This document shows, piece by piece, positions 56,150 through 64,000 of a stretch of 64,000 bases of DNA. Positions within the stretch are counted from its first letter, which is position 1; each line of letters begins with the position of its first letter. A program made the translations under genes and the position numbers. Source of the DNA: Adineta vaga (taxonomy: Eukaryota; Animalia; Rotifera); contig CP075496.1 of assembly GCA_021613535.1 (NCBI GenBank), forward strand, positions 13,702,001-13,766,000, written 5' to 3'. The notes beneath the pieces were generated by a model that saw nothing but the letters and a program-made list of their open reading frames with translations, was not told where the DNA came from and did not search any database.

Positions 56150-57576
56150 TATTAAATAAATGGATAAATAAATATTGTTATTGAAACTTGAATAGACAGT
56201 TAATTGAGAAGAATGTATTTGAATAACAAAACTCGTACAACTGTAATGTGAATGAAAGAAAAGAGAAAAATAAAATCTATGGTTTTTTTAACTTTCATAT
56301 ACGTTGATTTGTCTATTAATTTTTTAAATAGAAGGTTTCCGTTCGATATTTTATGCTTTTATCATGATTAACAAAGGTTTTTAGATAGGAGAAAAACGCA
56401 TGTTACATTAAAATATTTTCTTGACAAATAAAATGTTTTTTTAAATCTAAATATCATATGTTCATTTATTTCAAATCATGTTTTTCTAAGTAATATGAAA
56501 TTTATTGTTAATAGTTGATCACAAAGAATTAATTTGTTGTACGAAAAAAGTATTTTTTACATATAGAATTATTCAGTAAAAGTTCAATCTTACTTATCTG
56601 ATTATTCTGGCCCATCCTCAATATATTCTTCTCTTATCTTCTGTTCATTCATTTCTGTTTCCCTTGTATCTAAATAGATAACGATATTATTATGAAATAT
56701 TAATATTCTTATTCGTATGGTGAAAATCAAATGCAACTGCTGTCATGATTGTACTTGTATGTTAGAACTGAGCACAGGATAGGACGAAAAACTTCATCTA
56801 TGCGACCTGCTCATCAGACACTGGACTTGCCCTCTTGTTGCTCTATCATTGTATGAGCATTCCGATATAAGTTGTGTCCAAGAAAGAAAAGGCACGATTG
56901 TGAGTGTGCAGATGACACAATAATCCATCATGTCGAAAGACATAGACAATCACTCTCATAATTCATTACAATAAGCTCATTACTCTCTATCTGAAATCTT
57001 TTCAAATCATTGCGGATTGTATTATCTGTGGTATCATGCGTACCAATTGCTTTCGATAATTACGTAAATATTATAAATATTTATCAAAATCTAGTTGAAA
57101 ATTATTCAACTTGACAACAGCACTTCGATTTCTAATAATGAGATAGACGTTTCAATCTTTTTTTGTCAATTATATTTTTTGTAGAATGATGGTGAAGGTG
57201 TTATTGTACTTGTATACTACTCACCAATATTTTCTCACTTTCATCCAATACAATGAAAAAAGAATTTTCTTGATAAATTGATTTTTATGCTTTCTAAATT
57301 AAAAGCAAAGAAGAGAACGAGAATGTCATCGTATGAAGTTTCTGGCTTCAAATAAATGATTATAAAATTATTCTAAGGGAGCCTGATAACTACTTCATTT
57401 TAGAACTTCATATAGAAGCCTAAGTAAGTCGATCGATTTTCTCTTACAAGTGAGTATTGAACAAGTTTGATAAACTACGCTAATGATCTGAGGAAAATAA
57501 TATGATGCCGGTTTGTATATTCTTTTATTTAGAAAGACATATATGTTAATAACGATAGGATTAATAGTTATTCTGA

Positions 57577-58350
57577 TTAGTCACATGATTCAACACATGC
57601 AGCATCATCATCGCCAGATTCTTCGCGCCTTTCAGACTCGATTTCTTCTATTAGCTTATTGATTTGACTTTCTCTTATATTCTGATAACTACTTCTATAC
57701 CGGTTGCTGAGTTCACTGTACCGCTTCCAAAGTCTCTTTGCCCAGTGCAAAAGCTGAAGTGCACGTTTTAGTTCCTGGTATTGGTAAGCTCGTTTTCCGC
57801 TCACAATGTAATATTCAGCAATGTCACGTATCAAACGTCTCAATAAAGTTTGATCGAAGTTAAATATTTGAATATAGTCTGAATATGTTAGCGCCCAAGC
57901 AATTTGGTTTTCTATACTACAACAATAGACATATACCGAACTATATGGATCATTGGTAATTTGATCAGTAAAAACATGTCGATATTGTTTCATAATGAGT
58001 GGTACGATATGACGACCCATTGATCCAGATGTAATAAAGAAGATACGTTTATCTTGGTTGTCCTTAAAAGCGTCGAGACATTCCTCTGTAGTGGAGAATG
58101 TTCGTAAGAAAAACTGTCCGCCATCGAGTGCCAACATCTTTTCGACATCACTATCAGTGAGAGCAAGATTATAATCAAATTCATTGAGTATTGTCCAAGT
58201 TTCACATCGAGGATCAGTGTTGCTACCGAAAGCTTCTTTTATACGAAGATAACGATTTGGATTACGAAAGGCTTGATCGAGCCAGAAAATCATGTGAACT
58301 GGTTTTTCACTGTCGTCAATTTGCGGCATGTTAAATGGCAATTCTGCCAT
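57577..58350 (-). CDS. Stand-alone receiver-like (alpha/beta) domain protein with a TPR-like helix, intronless
   Basis: IFWLD...FSTTEECLDAF...KRIFFITSG...VYVYC, similar to the N-terminal domain of the adjacent ART gene. Confidence 0.75.
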   Translation of the reverse strand: MAELPFNMPQIDDSEKPVHMIFWLDQAFRNPNRYLRIKEAFGSNTDPRCETWTILNEFDYNLALTDSDVEKMLALDGGQFFLRTFSTTEECLDAFKDNQDKRIFFITSGSMGRHIVPLIMKQYRHVFTDQITNDPYSSVYVYCCSIENQIAWALTYSDYIQIFNFDQTLLRRLIRDIAEYYIVSGKRAYQYQELKRALQLLHWAKRLWKRYSELSNRYRSSYQNIRESQINKLIEEIESERREESGDDDAACVESCD

Positions 58351-58855
58351 AGTTATCTAGAAACGGTTAGGATTTTATATAATACATAAACAACAAGATT
58401 AAATGAATTAGATGAGAAAACTAGAGAGAAACATGATCTTTATCGAATAAATCAAAGAAATGATGCGTTAACAAGAATTATTTTAGCTAAACGACAACTG
58501 TACTGTAACTGCTATGTAGTGATTTGATGACCAAGTTTATGATAAATTCATTTGAGTAAAAATATTCTGTCTATCATTAACCGATGCTTATAATCACTCA
58601 TTATTTGACATATACGAAAGAAAATGATTCATCCGGACATACTTTTACTTTTTGTTTGTGATATTTGAAAACTAGGATACATGAAAGAATAAAACGAAAT
58701 ATCGAAAGCAACAGGAAAACGTTTTTTTATCAAAAACTAAAAGTTTGCGAAAGCGCTTTATATAGTTGCTCTACTGATGTACTTAACAAATCAACAATCT
58801 GTTCCTGTTAATCTTCAATGGTGTTGCAAAAAAAGTTCATCTCCTGTTAATTGAT

Positions 58856-61800
58856 TTATCGAGGAAGACCGTATTTTCCAGCAAAGTCCATAGCTATACG
58901 ATCGTATTCAGCTCTATTGTGGACATAATTCGATGCCGCTTCTACAGATAGAAAAGGGAAAGTATAGTCACTGTACAAAATAAGAAAATCTGACAAACCG
59001 GCATTGATAGAATACCCAAGATCAGGATTATCGATAAGGTTAGTAATATCTACTATAACGTTAACTAGTGTAGTCTGAGGATACCAATCTTTCTTTCCAT
59101 CCAGAATACCAATGCAAATGATACCTACAAATTGAAAATATTTAAGGTCATTCGAAGAGTTACTGTATGTATAAACTCACCGTTTTCATTAATATTAGGA
59201 TGGTAGATTTGCGTGAGCATACGAACTCTAGGAGGTATAAAAGGAAAAGTGCTTTCAAGTTTGATTTCGATTTGAAGAGAAACAGTTCTGTAAATATAGG
59301 AATTTGGGAAAACTCGTCCAATAATTGTAAAGTCCTCTGACTGTCCAAAGGCATCGTCGTCCTTCTCTTTATAAAGAGAAGATTTCTGAAGATCAAATTT
59401 AATTAATGCATTAGATTCTATTCCGATTCGTTCTAATTCAATTAATTCTTGGTGAATACGTTTGAGTTTGATTGTTATCATAGTAGAAAGAGGCAAACGA
59501 CTTTGTCGGTCTAAAACAAAAAGAAAGTACTTTTTAGTTTGATTTTTTCAAAGGTATGAGCGTTAGTCATAAAGTAATCTTAAATAAATGATTGGATATG
59601 GGTGAAGTATTCATTGCTTGCACATTGACTTCTACTAAAGCAAGATGAGACGAAGGAAAAGTACGTGGATGAGTATAGAGAAGAAATTTATATCTAAAGC
59701 TCGAATGCAAAAAGTTAACTGAAGCAATAGATGAAGATACGAGTATAGATATAGAGAGTATTCATATCAATATCTGTAAGATGAGATTTCAAGAAACGTC
59801 GAGTGTCTCCCGAAGTATTTATTACCAAGGTTATCAAAATCATATTTAAAAATTTTCGTTAACGTTTGTCTTATTGAACACTCGACCTTTTCGATAATCA
59901 TGAGGCAAAAATATATGCAATTGAAAATTTGTTGCAGCTTTTGTAAATATGGATATTATTCCTCAATTCAATTCTTTGCATTCAATATATAGACATATGA
60001 TTTTACTCACAAGTATCCTCAGTATCAACTTGCGCAGTCGCTGATGATACTGGAGCATTTGATGTTGATGGGGTGAATGTATCCAGATGATCGTATAATG
60101 TTTGAATAAAGTCATTAGAAGATCTATGATCATGATTATTTTGTAAGAAGTCAAATATGATGTTCATATTCTCCTCTCGATTTTCTGCATTTGCACTCAA
60201 GTTTTGATCAAGAATTAACTTCTCTAATACTTCTTCTGTAGGATCACGCTTCAACGTAATTACCCAGATTTGACTATGATTCTAAACAAACATATTTATC
60301 CATATTTCAGCAAAATGATAGTTGATTTACTTCAAGTTTTTCCACTGATAAGCTTCTAAAAATTGTTGCAATCGAAACAAGCACTTCTTGTTCATCTTTA
60401 TGAGCACTTTGAGGAGCAATGTATGCGAACGGTTTTGCTGGATTTAAGCTCTTATCGATAATCATTTGAAAAATAACTCCAACAGTGCCTTCAGGATGAT
60501 TTTCACCAGCATAGTGAATAGCTACTAGTTTATCTATGGTTGTTGATAAGAACGTTTTTGTAATGACAAAATTTCCAATACTGTTCTTGAAATTCGAAAA
60601 ATCTTCGAGAATCATTGATTTTCCGCGATACACATGTAATTTTTCACCAAAGTGTGATAAAGATTCTGGATAAAGTTCTTTTATCTGATCGTACAGACTA
60701 CAAATATAATAACGAATCTTGAATAATTTCTGAATATTATTTGAACAACAAGTATAATTAACAAGACGATAGACAAACGATCCCCGAGTGTACCAATAAA
60801 TAGCTGTCTCTGGCCTGAAACTCGATTTGAAATCGTCAATTTCTTTTATGAAACGATTTTTTTTCGCATACATATCATTGGCGTAATTGATGAAGATTTC
60901 TTTACTTGCTTCTGTTCTTGCAGATTGAAGAATAATTTCAACTAGTAATTGATAGATAATAAAATTTCGACTATTGTTGTCTACACTACTCAGCGATTCT
61001 TCGATAGCTTGCTGTGTTATTAAATGAAATCCGCTCTCGTCACCACAAAGCAAATCATGCAATTGCTTCAATTGGTTTAATAACAAGTCATAGGGAAACG
61101 AATTAGTATTGAATGCTGGAGCCATCCATACAGTTTTTGAGTCTAGTTCGTATATTAAACTAATTTGTGGACACGTCCTCATACAGATCAATCTTTCTTC
61201 ATTCAAAGCAGTTGGTATTATGAAAAACACCTTTTTATTTGTTTGCATTTGAATGTAATCTAGACATTCGTCAAAAGTAGGAAGCTCCATGATGTCAATT
61301 GGTACTTTTTGGCACCCCACAGAAAACCGATGTTGATACCTAGCGTTACTGCCCTTATCGACATAGTTCTCGTATTGAAGAAATTTTCTGTCTGGATCTC
61401 TTTGCAACCACACAATGTTCACGTCTTTGAAAGCATTTTCAGCGTTTTCTATCTGTTGTACTGAGAATTCTGTTACGAATGCAGCTGCAGGTGATGATTT
61501 TTCATTTTTGACGTTATTATCTATAGATAGAAAATATATACTACAAAGTTTTATAAAAATTCGATCAGTTGCGATCAAGGGGGGAAAAGTGAAAGGTCGG
61601 TACTTCAGTATACTCCTTGTACTCCTGAGATAAGTTGTAATTATCTAGATTTTCTGTTATGATGCAAAATTATGACATGAAAACTGGAATACTAATTAAA
61701 CATTAGTAAATGAAAAGATTTAAGGAACTGAAAACTAACGTAATATTCAGTTTATGAATGCTCACTAAAATAATTAAAAGAACTAAAAGAGTACATTTTT

Positions 61801-62236
61801 TCAGTTGAACAGGTAACTCAATAATATCTGAGAAATTAAGCACTTCAAAGATACCAGAAGTCAAAATCGATGTTTTAAAATTCTTTGTAGAAATGTTTGA
61901 AAACAAAATAAAATCTATTGCAGATTCTTATATACAATTTGTCCAAAGTCATTTCGAAAACGAGATGGTATTTTGTAATTCTAACCGTGAATGACACCTA
62001 CTTGGAGTGGCACATTGATTTGTACTGTCCAATGATGGCAGATTCCCTCTCAAATCATCGGTAAAATTACTCAACGTATCTAGTTTCTCATCATTGGTTG
62101 GAGAATTTGCGATCAGATCATCAGTTCTTTGTTTCGGTATAGCTTCTTCGGCAGCAGATGTCGATGTCTCATCCGATGAAGAACTCTAAATAGAAATATG
62201 AAATCGTTTTATAACAGTAGTAACCGTGAATACCAT
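58856..62236 (-). CDS. Receiver-like domain plus R-S-E ADP-ribosyltransferase plus E2 ubiquitin-conjugating (UBC) domain fusion (predicted)
   Basis: ART: [70 protein letters not shown]. Joined by a phase-1 GTGAGT..TAG intron at 59511-60010. 5' exons uncertain. Confidence 0.72.
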
Positions 62237-62812
62237 CTGGAGTGCATGAGTGTGGGTATCGTTTTTAATGGACAGCCTAAAGTAACAAAATTCAAAAGAA
62301 ACAGCTATGAATCGCTTTCTGATTTTGTAACAACAAAACGCAGAGAAATTTGGTTCAACTTTTTGAAGAGAAATTGAACAAAAAATCGAATACTACGCAT
62401 GTCGATCAATAACAAGCAAATCAATACTTATATTAGGTAAAGAACTTCTTTGAAACGACTGTTATGTCAATGTTGTCCTCGTCTGTTTTACTAAAATAGA
62501 TTTGACTATTGTTTTCTATAAGACTGGCAAGCATCCAATAAGAATTTTGTTTTGTCAAAACAAATAAAACGAATCTTTATCATAAAAATCACCAGTATTT
62601 CACGAAGTTGTGCGACTAATAACAATATACCACTTACCTTTGTTATTCAGATATTTCTTTACATACTACATCGAGCAATCGAGTTTAATCATTCGATTTG
62701 CAATGGAATGTAAATGCATAAATCAAATGAGAGATTTATTCATATAAAATAGTCGTAAAATTTCGTTTCTAGTTTAGACGAAAAGAATTCAATGAAGGAA
62801 AGAAAGAAAAGT

Positions 62813-64000
62813 TTATAATCGAATATTTTTCTGTGTTTCTTTTGCTTCATGTTGAAGTGCTGCTTGTTTTTCTTCCAATTCATTTTGTTTTTGATTATAT
62901 TTATCTTGCATAAGTTTAATTTCACGTCTCGTTTGTTGTAAATCATCTTCTTCGGTATTTAAATCTTTCAAATATCGAGTCATCAATTCTGATTTATCAA
63001 TTTTTTCCAATGATTTGATATTTTGTCGAATACGTTCTTGATTTTCAAAGATTGATTTAATATGTGCTTCACGAGATTTAATTCTTGTATCTAAATCACG
63101 TAAATTTCCTTGAATATCAACAATAGCCAAAGCTTTATCAAATAATGATGTTGGAATTAAATCACGTTTTGTTGTCCATGTTCGAATTTGTGTATCTGTT
63201 ACTTTACTATCGATCATATGTCGAAGAACTTGTTGAACATATTTCTGTCGAATAATATTTTGAATTAATACAATTGTTTTTTCATCAATTAATTTCGCTT
63301 GAACAAGATCAGGTACTTGTTTTTCTAAAAGCATTTCTAAACCAGCTGTATCATAAATCTTTGTACTATGATGTGCTTGTTCATCAACAATAAATTCAAT
63401 TTCTTCTTGTGGTTCAAGTTTTAATTCAAAACGACTAAAACCAACTGTTGATTTAATACATTTCTTTTGTGTAATAACAACATAACCACCTAACGATGGA
63501 TCACTAACATGATCGATATAAAATTTCGATACAGGTCGATTTAATGAATTGTTTTTGATTAAATAACGTGTTCGTTTTATATGAACTTCTCGAAGATCAA
63601 TACCGATTGGACTTGATTTTGTTTCGATTTTATTTATTTCCGAATTGATAATATCAGCACTTTGAATATGAACTTCTTGAAGTGATGAAGGTGTTGTACG
63701 AAGTATTGAAACAGTTGAATCAAAACCATAACTAAAGCAAAGAGAATTAGATGAGCATTTGAAACATAATGTTTAATTACTTGACTAATTGATCATCATT
63801 GGGTAACATTGGTGTAAAAGCACATTGTGCAACAAAACGTCCTTGATCTAAAACAGCAATACTTCCTGGTGCTAAAACAACATCACTATTATTTCGTAAA
63901 TGAACAGCTTTAATTGCATTTAAATCATTTATTTTTGGATCATAATAAAGTACTAATTGTGCATCCATATGCCATTTATTAACAGTAACTAAAGCACTTT
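62813..64000 (-). CDS. DUF4139-like protein, 5'-partial (continues beyond the window), with an intron at ~63733-63780
   Basis: VHLRNNSDVVLAPGSIAVLDQGRFVAQ..TPMLPNDDQLVSYGFD and a C-terminal coiled coil IFENQERIRQNIKSL..LMTRYLKDLNTEEDDL resemble bacterial DUF4139 proteins. Confidence 0.7.

Noticed and set aside
56760-56830. CTGATGAG on the minus strand as a hammerhead core
   Set aside because: No correctly placed GAAA or stem III.

Overview
AT-rich, gene-dense eukaryotic DNA with mostly 50-60 nt GT-AG introns. It is most likely a bdelloid rotifer (Adineta-like), inferred from lineage-expanded gene families, intron-containing foreign-looking enzyme genes and TGTGGG telomere-type repeats. Conserved genes, reconstructed by hand across introns: DNTTIP1 (partial, hosting an intron-containing tRNA-Arg(CCT)), an ELOVL elongase, CPSF3, a divergent Rad21/Rec8 kleisin, UROS, FAM92/CIBAR, SPATA18/MIEAP, MRPS15, GET4 and an ATRX-like SNF2 ATPase. 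Accessory genes: GH16 and GH162 glucanases, two near-identical class A GPCRs 37 kb apart, two B-box-like/coiled-coil paralogues, an F-box/LRR gene and a partial DUF4139-like gene. Four top leads. (1) A structured intergenic locus at ~27.28-27.66 kb looks like a telomerase RNA: template CACACCCA, boundary hairpin and a vertebrate-like P2/P3 pseudoknot. (2) A 2x GGTGTG insertion at a deletion junction (46.48 kb) is in the register that template predicts. (3) A 7-TM protein has three concatenated TM-ectodomain-TM modules plus a tethered FG-GAP propeller, possibly a single-chain trimeric channel. (4) An R-S-E ADP-ribosyltransferase appears spliced in frame to an active-site E2 ubiquitin-conjugating domain. 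All family calls rest on motif recognition only; no searches or folding programs were run.
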